Of a stretch of DNA of 64,000 nucleotides, positions 26,578-39,100 are shown piece by piece (the first letter of the stretch is position 1; every line of letters starts with the position of its first letter). This DNA is from the human T2T-CHM13v2.0 reference genome, Homo sapiens, in the NCBI RefSeq assembly GCF_009914755.1, contig NC_060931.1; one strand, given 5' to 3'. The translations under genes and the position numbers were made by a program. Under the pieces are notes generated by a model, which saw nothing but the letters and a program-made list of their open reading frames with translations, ran no database searches and was not told the DNA's origin.

Positions 26578-27751
26578 TTCAGCAAATATCCAGCACCCCT
26601 TCTGAGTCTTCCATATGGCATCTACAACTTCCAGCAAGTCTTGTCATATCACCAGCAAGCAGTGAAGCTAGTTATTGGTGTACATTTCATGCTGTCTAGA
26701 TTGTAAGTCCCTGGAGGGCAGGAACTATTTCTTACTTGTATGATGGCCCATAGTACTTAATACAATGTATCCCAGAGTGTAATATGGTTGGTATGAGCAA
26801 TGTCAAAGGCTTTTAGGCTCCCACCTTTGATCTGTAGATTGACACAACAAATAAGTCCTTAGCAGAATTATGAGTCTGCCAACAAGGTTTATAAAGCACA
26901 CTTTCACAAAGCCAAAGAACAAAGCCCGTGGCCGTGGGATGGCATCTTAGGGCTCCAGAGGTCATTTTGGGCTTGCTTCCAGGGCAGAGTTGGAAGGGGA
27001 TAGATCTACAGCCAAGTGGAGGGTTTCTGGAGAAGGTACAATGGTGTATGCTGCTGGGCACTGCCACTAATGGGTGGTCAATACTTACAAAAAAAGTACA
27101 ATCTACCCCCAACCAGTGGTGTCCATTAAATTGATTTATCTTCACAGTGACGAGAAAAGGCTGTCTTAGGAAAAACAGATGCCAACCCAGTCTAGCTAAA
27201 AATGACTCATGTGGGGGAGACTTTATTGCTGGACCATTTTTCTTCCCAGGAATGTTCCTTACGCACAACAAAAGGACTGAAGGCTCACAACAACCAAAGA
27301 ATTGGAAAGATTCTGCCTGCAGAGGGGTCTGGGGGAAGAAGACCCTAAGTGCTCATGTGTGGGAAGGATAATTTCCCAGAGGCCAGGGATCGCTTTGGGG
27401 CTACACTCTAAGGGTACAATGTGGAGAAATGGCCTTGCCCAGAAAAAGTGTCAGAAGTGAGGGTACAAACTGATGGCTTACCTGGTAGGGACAATTATTG
27501 ATCCCTCCCTGGCCTACCTCCATATAGAGGTCTTTAAAATTGGGTCAGCTTCCGGAAACTCAAAATAGTTTCACTTTATAGTTTTGCCAGATCAGGGAGT
27601 GGAGTACCTAGGCCAGGCCATGCATGCAGGACATTTTGCTGAGTGGTGTCGTGCATATTAAAATGAAGGAGAGAGAAAATAAAGGTGCTGTCTGGGCTGA
27701 AGGAGTAGCAGTTGAGGTTTCTGAATTTATTTTAGGACAATGAGGCTTAGA

Positions 27752-27968
27752 CAGGGGTTAGCAAACTTCTGTTAAGGGCAGATAGCAGTATTTTAGTCTT
27801 TGTGAGCCATACAGTGTCTGCTGCAATTACTCAAGCCTACCATGGCAACTTATATAATGACAGACAATATATAAGTGAATGGGCATGGCTGTGTTCTAAT
27901 AAAACTTTATTTACAAAACACAGGTGGTGGGCTGGATTTGGCCTGCAGCAGTAGCTTGCCAATGCCTA
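27752..27968. mobile_element. MER58A-like DNA transposon
   Basis: 'caggggttagcaaact..gaatgggcatggctgtgttctaataaaactttatttacaaaa..ggctggatttggcc'. Confidence 0.85.
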
Positions 27969-29915
27969 GTGTAAAATGAAAACAACACCTGGCTTTATAG
28001 TTAGGCAGAAGTCATTTCAAAGTCTGGTTCTGTCACTTACAAGCTGGGAAAATCACTCAACTTCTCTGAACCTTGGTTTTCTTATCTATAAAGTAGCGGT
28101 AATAATCTTTAATTAGGATTAAGAGATGTAGAGCATTGCACCCAATATGTTATAAGGTTCCCTCTGAATCACAGTCCTAGACATCTTATCCAAAAAAAAA
28201 ATAATCCCCTCGCAGCTTGCAAACAACTTACGTATCTTCACAAGATGACTCTGGGTGTTTTATAATACATGCAGGGTGGTTCAAGATTATATTCAGGACA
28301 AATCGAACAGAATCGGTTCCGACAGATTAAAGAGAGGTGTTTTCATCAAATGGTATTCTCGACTCTGCCTGAATGGTTTCAGGGCTTGGAAGATGCTCTG
28401 GCCTGTCCTTGCTCTTTTCTGCCTCACCTCTCACTGTGGTTCCACCACTGCAGTCCCCTGGTGAAGGGCCTCCTTGTCTAGGGTCCTGTGGGGTCAGCCT
28501 TAATGTAAATGGAGAGAAACTGCTTTGAAATCACAGCTCAGCCAGTGTGCAACCTCTGGCTCCTCTCAATTTCATCATGTGTCCTCAATTATACCAGATG
28601 AATTTGAAACACTTTATTCATTAATAAAAGCAAAAAAGCTTCTCTGCATTTCACAAAGGATGTGTGGTCTAATCGTGGCATCCAGTAACAAGAGAACTCA
28701 GCAAGTCATTAACTTCTCCTGCCTCTGTTTCTTCAGTGTGTCCCTAATGGCCCTCTGAGCTCTAAGCTCCTGTGAGCATCTGTCTGAAGGGGTGATGAGA
28801 CCTAATTTAGAGCCAAAGCCAGTGCTGTGCTTAATGTGGGCAGTGAGGTCCTTGTAAGTCCTCCTCTGTAGGATGGCATTTCACAACCCAACCAATGCGA
28901 AGCTTACGGGGCATCACATCAAAAACGAAGTTAAGTGCCATGAGAAAAATAATGGTCCACAGCAGACTGAAACTTTCTCTATTGGTTTTCTTCTTCCTGA
29001 GTTATTCTTGAATGCAAACCACTGACAACCCAAGTCTTGTTCTCTGGGTGCCATATACCTGGATTTGTGACCATCCGTAACTCTGAGGGTGTCTTTGGTA
29101 AGTGATGGCAAGTGATGTAGCAATGATCAAAATAATGAAACTTCTTGAGCTTGGGAACCTGCATGTTGACGAAAGTCAGGAATTCTGCTCTGAGGATCAG
29201 AGTTTTCAGGAGTGGTGGGATGTTGACTTTGCCTCTTGAATATCTGTTCCTTCTACTTCATGTCATTCTCATTGACCTCTCCCTGGACCCTTGCCCTATT
29301 GCCTTTCCTGGTTTACCCAACAACCTTCTGACTTCAACTGTGCCCCTTCCAGCTCCTCCTCACTCCAGCCAGCTTATTTCCAAAATGCAAAGCTGATCAT
29401 ATCATTCACCTGCTTAAACCCTGCAGGGGCCCAGCATTGCCTCTTGGGTGAAGGCCAGCCTCTCCAATGCATTGCCGTCTACCTGCCCATCTCACAGAGA
29501 CGTCCTTACCTGGCCAAGCCCTTGCACCCCACAATCTTGTCTCACTAGGATTCTCTCAGTGCTTGAACTTCACTCCTGTGCCTTCATTCCTGCCCTTCCT
29601 CCTATCCATGACTATTACCTTCCTTCTAGCCCCTGCTCATTTGTCAAGCCTAGGCCTAGATGTTACCACCCTTTATCATTCTTCCTGACCTGCTGCACTT
29701 CAGCCAAAGTCAGGGTTCCTGTCCCCATTCTCCCATCACAGTCCCATCATAGCACTGACTGTACCATAATGTAATGACCTGTGCCCTCCTTTATTACTAT
29801 CTCATCTCCAGAGCCTGCACAGTCCAGTCACAGAGTAATGATTGAGAAATTATCTGTTTAATTTATGAATAATGGGCTCATCAAATGACTACCAGAAAGA
29901 AATAGCCTCTAAAAT

Positions 29916-30076
29916 CAGTAGTTCTCAACATTCACTGTATAATACAATTCACAGGATGTCTTTGCCTGGCCTCATCCCTTGAGATTCTGACCCTGGAATG
30001 GGTTCTGGACATGGGTCATGTTTTGCAAAGCTCTCCAGGGGAGGTGCATGCACAGCTAGGGTGGAGGAACACTGGT
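29916..30076. mobile_element. MER5-family fragment
   Basis: 'cagtagttctcaac..gagattctga..aagctctccagg..gaacactg' terminal motifs. Confidence 0.55.
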
Positions 30077-33036
30077 CCGAATTAGGCAGCACAAGAAGGT
30101 AGGAAGGAGGAATGACTGCAGTTCCAGCGAAAAGGGAGAAAGGGCCTGCACCCTTCCCTCTGTGCTGCCCAATGTGACTTACAGATGCCAACCAAAGAGC
30201 TGAGTCCTCCGCTTGTTACTGCCCACAGTTTTCCTAAAGCTTGATCTTCAACTGCTCCCGACAGCACGGATAGGATTGGTACTCTCACTGGGGACAGTCA
30301 GATTGGCGGACAGGGGACTGTGCCTGCTCTCAGCCTGCTTGGGCGGGTCCCTCAGACACCACCTGCTACTTGAGGCCAGACCACTCCCCCTGGGCTGCCT
30401 CAGTGAGAAGCATGTGGAGGGCATCAGGCTACCTGGATCAGGCACTGTGTAGGGACCTGCTTTAGCAAGGGCAGCCAACATCTTCCAAAGTAGCCCATAC
30501 CTCCTTGGGCAGCAGTGATGGTCAGTGTTCCCAGAATCTCCATCAGAGCTGGGCAGCAATGAGTGCCCACCCTGAGCAGGCAGGCTTGTGGCTGGCAGTG
30601 TCCAGGCAGCGCCTGGAGAACCTAAGGACAGGCTGTGATGAAAGTATAAAAGGTGACTTTTCAAATGTGCCTCGAGAGCCAAACAGATGGCACTGAAGCA
30701 GTTGGGAAGGGAGCTGCTCCCAGTGCTGCCACTGCCTTGCTTGGATTTGCAGCTTCTAATGAAACAGGAATGGATGGCAGGGGATAGCGGTGCTCAGGCA
30801 GCTTCAAGCATCCTGAGAATCTGATCATAATCCAAAACAGGAGTGTTGAGGGCCTTGGTGTTAGCCCCCTAAATAACTAGTTATGCAATGTCTTACCCTG
30901 CAGTTCAGCACAGGTGCTCACTGGGTGTTGTCCCACTCCTAAGACTCAGACACAGGCCATGAATAACTGCCCTGCACCTCATGAGAAAGCACTTTAATTT
31001 AAGGCTCAAGGCATCTTTATAATGGGTAAAAATAAATAAGCAAAAACGTTAACCAGCAATTCATCTTAAACTCAATTAGTGCTCAGTTGAAGAACAATGT
31101 TTATGCAAGCAACATCCTTCTCACTTTCTTTAGCATCTGCAGGGAGCTGATCCAAAAGAGGAGACAGAAAAGGTGAGGTTTGGGGTCGTCGCTTTCTCTT
31201 TGCAGTCTGCTCTTGAGATGAGAGATCAAGAGGCAAACAGCCATGTGACAAAGCTGCTTTTCTCCATTTAAATAGAGAGTCAAATTGAAATACAGCAATT
31301 GGGCTAAATTTGCTGGTTAGCTAATCGAAGGACTTGGCTGGACAACAGGAAGCTATTTTCACCAGTGTCTAATGGAGCCTGCCTCAGGCAAAGCCCAAGC
31401 AAATCACATTAGTGGGTGGCATTTAATCCACAGCTTTAAATAAACATGTCAAGCAAGTCAGTTCCAAACATGTGACCTTGAGGAGACACGGTGGGGGAAA
31501 AGCAGAAAGAAATAGAGTTTCTTTTCTGGAAAACTCTTTCACCAACAGGATTGGGAGAAAATGGCTACAAATTTTTAATAATCATGCTACTGTTGGTTTT
31601 TCTAATGCCTGTTCAAATTTATCCATACTTTGCCAAACATGGGGTGAAAACAAAGCCTTTTACAAATCCTTCTGTAGTTACAAGGAATGACCCTCCCATA
31701 TGGAAGGTCTCCTAAACTACATGGAGTAACTCCTGGGGTGCTGCTTTCTTGCACCTAAGTTCTGCCTGTCCTTGGTGGGGAGGGGATGGTGAATTCACTT
31801 CCCTAGGAGCTCCCCAAAATCAGGGGAGGAATTCCATTGAAGAAGTACCTGAGACTGGATGGATTTTTCTTTTCCAAGTTACACAATCATGATGCCAAAA
31901 AACAAGATGCTAGGAATGGTTAGCAAATCCTTATCGTCTTTGTTAATGAATAAATGATATCCACAGGCATCCCTTTCAACATTCAGGGTGTTTACCAACA
32001 GATCTGATACTCAATCACTGCCCCTTCTTCACTCAACTCATTGGTATGGCCTGAAAAGAAGGAGTCAGTGGTCACTGTGGTGATCTCTCCTCAATGGCTA
32101 TGAATATTGGGTTTTACCCAATTCATCTCTATGTTTCTGGTATTTAATACCAGTTTTATAAGCATCTGTGGAGTGAATGAATGAATGAGCTAAACAGAAG
32201 ATGGAGAAGAGGAATATCAGTGGATACAGATAAATTAGCCTTGAACTCCTCTAAGATTAGTTACTACAAAGAAATAAATGAAAAGTCCATTGTCTCATAT
32301 CAAGGGTAGAACCCGAAGCCCCACAAACTTAGAACTGCCAGCCTGTTTTGCATAAGCTGTTAAATAGTGACAAATGAAATGGGAAAACCTGCCCCTCTGG
32401 AAAGGAGATTTGATAAACTTTTCCTAAGCAGACTGCTCAAGCAAGACCACAGGGGAAATGAGGTAGGAAAAGCAGGTCTGGTTCCCATAAACCAGCTCTG
32501 CCATCAGGCAAGGCTGCTGAACTCAGAGGAAATCGAAGACCACTCCAGCAAATCACCCTGGGAGGAGAGTACAATCAACCAAAATGAAACTGTTCATGAA
32601 CTTGCCTCAACAGACAGACCAGGCAGTGGAAGTGGCCACAAAGTTGAACTTCAGAGCCTACTCGTCAAGATTCTGTGATATATACAAGAAAATATTATGT
32701 TTTCACCCTTTTAGCACAGATCAAACTGTGTCATATTTTAAGTGGCCCATTCTTTGTTGAGAAATTGAAAACACCATTTTAGTTTTCAAATACATTCAGC
32801 TGAATTATTAATGAAATATTGAAACAATACATATGTCTTGATTGTCTACATTTTTTCTAATAAGTTGTTGATGCCTGGTATTATGTTAGAAGCATTAGAA
32901 GTATACTCAGGCCTATATTCGCTCAGCTAACATTTACCAAGACTAATATGTGCTAATCACTGGGTGAGGAGGTGCTGGGAGCAGAGAGAATAACCAGACC
33001 AGTGTCCACCGCTGAGAAACTCAAGCACTTAGGTGA

Positions 33037-33182
33037 GGCCAGGTGCAGTGACTCATGTCTGTAATCCTTGCTACTCAGGAGGCTGGGGTGGGAGGATCGC
33101 TTGAGCCCAGGCTGCAAGTGAACTATGATGATACCACTGCACTCCAGCCTGGGTGACAGTGCAAGACCTCCCAAAAAAAAAA
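33037..33182 (+). mobile_element. Alu monomer (FRAM/FAM-like)
   Basis: A single Alu arm of about 145 bp ending 'cactgcactccagcctgggtgacagtgcaagacc' plus an A-tail. Confidence 0.85.
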
Positions 33183-36100
33183 GGCGCTTAGAAAGTTGCT
33201 GTGTAAACAAATTATAAGAGTAGATCTCAGTAAGTGCTATTATCAATACAATTTAGGGGCAGGAAAACAAAGTGATTTATTATGCACACCGTTTCTTTGC
33301 TTTTAGAAATATATGTCCATTCTTACCCTATTGCTTTAACAACAATATATCTCAGAGTGCAGTGAAATTATTTATTCACTACTCGTCTCCCCAGCAGGAC
33401 CTTGAGCCCTTTAAAGGAAGAGACCATGCTTCATTTGTCTTTTTATGACTACTGAATTTTAAAATCCCTCATACCTGGAAAATGTCCCCTTTGGTCCAGA
33501 AACTGAAGGTCAACTAGATTGTATTTCTAGAGTTATGTGCAAACAAAAAAAAAAATTCTGGCAAGTCTTCATGAAGGCCAGGGACGAATCCCTGTGATAG
33601 TTTTAAGCAGAGGGAAAGAGAGGGTTGAGAGAGGAGCAGTGATAGATTAACTCTTACTAACACACTGCTGTACCAATGTTCTGCTGTATTTCTCCCAAAT
33701 GGTTGAAAATTGGGACACCCTCATAAATCCCTAGGCCTTTTCTCTTCTATGGCTGGTTATTACAGTGTCCCAGGGCAGAAGAGTGCTTTCCAAAGTAAAG
33801 TAATTGCAAGCCATTTATTATGTTTAAAGGGGAACCTGTCACCCACCACAGCTACAAAACTCAGACAATTAAAACAGCCCAGAGTGCCCTGACTCTGCAA
33901 AACCTGGACAGTTCCTCAGTCGTGTGAAGTCAGTGACCCCAAGCAAGATCTGAAAAGGTTCTTGTGTTTCTCCACTCCATCCCTCTTCCTTTCTGCTCCT
34001 CTGTTCTACCTCTCACAGCTGTGAAGCCAGTTATTGCAATGGTTTCCAGAAATCTGCTGGGTCTCCCATTCTCTCACCCGAATGCAGTCCCTTTCCTTAC
34101 TGATGAGTCCTTTGGAGGACACAGAATAAACAACAATTATGTGGCACATATCCCACCACTCCTCTCTCCCATGCCAATGGCAGACATCACTAATCTATCA
34201 CGGCACTTCTTTTTTCTGCTGAACCTGGACTCTGTCTGCAAGTAGCCACCACCAATCCGCTAAATTTGGCATTCACAATGGCACTATCCTCCATCTCCTA
34301 TGTTGGTGGGCACTTAGTTAATCTTACCTAACACACAGGACGGGTCAATAACTTTGGATCAGGTTTTCTTAGAAGTCCCAATAAGCACTAACTAGACTTC
34401 CTTGAGGACTAATCCAAGTGTTTTTCCGGGCCTGAACTTGTGTTCAGTTTTATGTCCTTGTGAAAATTATTTGACCCAACAGCTAAACAGAATTTCTATA
34501 TCACTTCCCATCTTGGCTGCTGAAGTCAATACTAACACCTCTGACAATGATGTGCTGGTTGTTGTAAGGACATAGTTATGGGTCCTAGAACAGTGCCAAG
34601 CACTCAGCTCAGAAGGAGCTTGTTGAATGTTTGTTGAATAAACTGAAATAGTGAACAAATTCTAGACCTACTGATGTTTAGCACAACCACCATTTTCCTT
34701 CTTTTCAAATTTCAATGATTTTGTAACTAGAAAAAAAATCTCTGACTATAATCAATGTCTAAGGAACTTTCTTAGAATTATAATTTGGGTGAAATTACTA
34801 AGGATTTTTTAGAAGTAATGTTTATTTATAAATCAAAAATGTTCTTGCTACTTGTTTATTAAAAACAAAATGATTTCCAAAAGGATATAATTTGTATTAG
34901 AGTTTTGTTATATAGCAAAGCCAATGCCATGTTAAGATTTGTTATTTTTTTTTTTAAGATAGTGTGAAAGAAGGGAAAAAACGGCATACATCTTGTAAAG
35001 TGACAATCAAAGCCGGCTTCAAAAATAAATAAATTTTAAACTACATAGTGTAATGGCAGTTCTCAACTTCTTATTTAAGAAGAGCGTACATCTTATGTTG
35101 GACCTTACCATGTATCTCATCTTGAATTAGAAAACGTATGTTTAAAAACTGAAAACAAATTCAATACCCACCCTTTTTCCCACCTAATTAGGTACAGTAT
35201 CAAGTGAGTTGGGTGCATATAAAGCACCTCCTATCTGCTAGAGGCAACAGAATGCTGACTATTAGCATTTCCTGGGTGTTTACTAAGCATGGGCACAGTG
35301 CTCTAAGCTTGGAATCTTTAAACTCATTACATTGTCACAAGAATCCTACCAAATAGGGACTATCCTTTTTTTTCAGTTGCAGAAAACAAGTCTCAGGGCA
35401 TTTATACTGGTAAATGACAGAAGAGAGACTTGAATCCAAGTTCTGTAATTAGAAAGCATATGCTTTAAACTATTACAATGGAAACATGGAGCTGAAGTTG
35501 ACTTCAGAATGTGAGAGTTGAATGAAAGATGTTTTTAACTTTAACCTACGATTAATGAATGCTATTGCACTAAGTTGGTAAAAAGATTAGTGAGTAATGC
35601 ATAGCTCCTATTGAGTAGTAAGTAAGCACTCAAGTAGTAAGTAAATAAGAAAGGTGTTTATTATAAATGAAATCCATCCACCAAGAGAATTTTACTTCTG
35701 TTATTATTGTGATAAAGGAGTCTTGGAATTAGCATGGACATCTGACAGGTGAAAACTGGGAGCCAGGGAATTTGCTGGGGGTAGAAGGGACAAAGATGGT
35801 TTCTGCTTTGCAAAATGGTGTCTGCTGATGGGGCAGGCAGAACTGCCATCTCCTACAATGAATGCCCAAGGAACTGTAGAAGCTAAAAAGCGATCAAAGA
35901 TTTTAGGAGCAAAAGGGGACATGCGCCATTGAACATGGCATGAACTTGATCATTTAAATTAATTGGTTCTTTTTTCGTGTGTGTGGGTTGGTAACTATGG
36001 GCTTGTACGTACAGGTACACAAAGACTGATTAAATGCTGAAAAAACTGTAATGCTGAAAATGTTACAAAGTATTTTTGGTTTATTTGCCTAAGTTTTGTT

Positions 36101-39100
36101 TTCTGATATCTCACATTGTAAGACTGACTTTTCCTTATTTGCTTTGGTTATATTTAAAAAATGGAAAGTCTTTTTCTTCAAGGATTTAATTCCAAACCTA
36201 TGACCATATTGTCCCAAAGTACTGGTGAGGCCTCCAGAAGATCTCAGAAACAATCTTGGGAAGTAATAGAAAAATTCAATGCCAGCAATAAATAAATGAA
36301 TGAATGACCAAATGAATAAACAGACAAATAAATGGGAGTGAGTTACAACTGAAGATCAAAAAGTGTCTCTTATCAATACTCCATTGCCCCTTCTTCTGCG
36401 TAAGGCATTGCATAGACAGCAGGAAACTAGGGGTGAGGTGGGCATAGATAACAGGAAAGTAGGGGTGAGGGAGGCACAGATTAGTATAGAACTCAACTCA
36501 CACTCACAATATTATTAGCAATAATATAATAATAACTTTTGAATCCTGGAATTTTTGGCTAAGCTGGACTTTAGAGGTCCGGTTGATGGATCTGCCAAGA
36601 TAGAATTAAGTGGCTTACTCAAAATCATACGCCATATAGTGGCAGAGCAGGGATTTGAACCTAGAGCTCCCTATTCCTACCTGCTCCAGGCTGTCTGCTT
36701 TGCAGGCACTGGTGCCAAATGAACAGGCTCTAGTGCCATGTGATTCAAAGGAGGAAAGACCACTTCCATTTCAAGGTGGCTGGGAAACACTAAATGAACA
36801 AAGCAGGCTCTGATGGGTCCTGCAGGATGGGTATAATCTCAATCTAAAAAGTGGAGTAAGGGGAGTGGTTAGAACTTTGCAGGTCAATGGAAAGACAACT
36901 GCTCAAGATCAGTTTGGCTCTAGTGAAAGATGGAAGGAAAACAACAGGCACTGGAATCAGGCAGAACTGATTCCAAATCCTTGGCTTGCTCACTTGCCAT
37001 CTGTGTGTCCTTGGGCAAATTCCTAAACCTCTCTAGGTCTCAGATTCCCAATAAATGAGAGTGTACAGTGCAGACCTTGCACTGTAGGGGAAGGGTTAAA
37101 AGAGAGAATGTTGGTCAACGAGCTTTGATAGGACCAGATATAAACGATGGCTGGAAATGCAAGATCTTAGAGCAGACGAATGAAGCTATACAGTCAAAGA
37201 TGAACAGTTAAGGAGGACACGTGGTGCCTCCCTGGCTTTGTGTCTGTCTTTTCCTACTGCTCCTGTGTAACCTTCAGCACATCCTTTCACCTCTCTGTAT
37301 TTTTCCCCCAAAATGAGCTTGGACATCCTTATAACTTCTGACTTGAGTATTCTGAATAAGCTTGTGAGAAAATGCCTTCTAAACGAGGGGATATCTATCT
37401 TTAGGAAATCGATGTTGCTACTGTCCCTGGTCAGGAGTTGCCAACGGAACTTACAGTATGAGAGAGAAAGGTGTTCTCTGCCAGGAACAACCACCCACAT
37501 GGTGCTGTGGAGAAAGGGATCTATTCTGGAAAGGACAATAAAAAATATTTTGTGCTTGGTTTTGCCATGCCACTAAAAGGATGGCACCCCAAGCAGGGTG
37601 CTGAGACATTATCTCTACAACTTCAAGATCAATGCGTCCTTTCCTCGCTGCCCCACCTAAAGAATAAAAAATACAAAAGATACAATTTTAGAAAAGAAGT
37701 GGATGCCAAACCAACATGACACAGTAGGTGAATGAAATAAGAAAGAAAAACGAGACATAGGAAGGACATAAGGCAAAATAAATACTATATGGGGCCATAT
37801 TGAAACCTTTTCCAGTGTAAAATACACTTGGTAAATAAAAAGCAAGGCTGTAAATGCTTGCTCTTTTGGCATAACGGCTTCCAAACGAACATCTCATGAT
37901 ACTTTACTGGTATAAAGTGCATTTTGTCTCAAGGTATGATTAGGAAGAAGATAAGCTCTTTAAGCAGGTTTATAAATGGTGAAACTCAAAGCACAGAGAA
38001 ATGATGCTGTTATGGGAATACATGGGTAACATACCTTAGACCTGATCCTGGGGTGTCTACCAAGAAGCCAGACCCAAAAGCATTGTCTACTGCAGAATCT
38101 GTCCCTTCCTCTAGTTAAGATCACCAAAAGTCATGCTGATATCTCTCAAAATGACTCTCCTTTCTCAAGAGCCCACCTCCCTTGCTCCCATCGGCCAACT
38201 CTCAGCTATTTGTCTTTAGCTAACTGGGTTTCTAAGGTGGCTCTGCAAACAGCCTGCTCCCCACATGTCATTAATCAGTCCCCACATATCATTAATCAGT
38301 GCCAAACTAAGCAGGCTCCAGGCCCAGCTGAGAATACAGCAGCTCGGCTCATCACCCCAACACCTGATGAGCAAACATGAGTGATGACTGTTGGGTAAAC
38401 ACCATGCAGAGAATGTACGTCAGCTAAATGAGTATTGCTTTAGATGTTACACCGAGGAAGGCTGCATGACAAATATTGATATCCAAGTTGTTCAGACATA
38501 TAGTAATCTTCTAATGCGGTGAAGCTTGCTGGCATTTATTTAAAGTGTTAAATTGTGAGAAAGATGAAATCTGGGTCATTTAGTGAGTACATCCAGCAAC
38601 TTCTGAGATACTGCATAGATGTACTGGAGCTGTAATAATTCCCACCCAAGAAAGGATACTATAGAGGGTTTGTCAGTGGTTATGTTAAAAAGGGTATGAG
38701 AGGCCCTGATTACAAGAAAAGGTGCTGCCACGCCCAACTCTCCTTAAGGAATGCCCATGCTTAGGATGGCACACCTATGGAAAGACACCTTAGAAAGGCA
38801 GCACAGTTAATTATCTCCAACATGAGTACTGACGGAGACTGTGTAAATCATAGGAGAAAGACAGGAGGGAGTTGCTGGGCCAAATCCAAACGGATTTATT
38901 TTTGAAATTACTAAAATATCCATAATAGTTAAAGCTCCTAAGGGCCAACCCCTTAGGATGTTTCAGGTATCTACTTACCTGTAGTAGAAAGGAGGAAAGA
39001 GATCAATGAAGTCGAGAGAAAACTGAAACTAAATGGGTCATATTCTTTCTCACTTTATTATTTTGATATCTTTTGTAAGGCATTTTAGTGATATAGAGTG

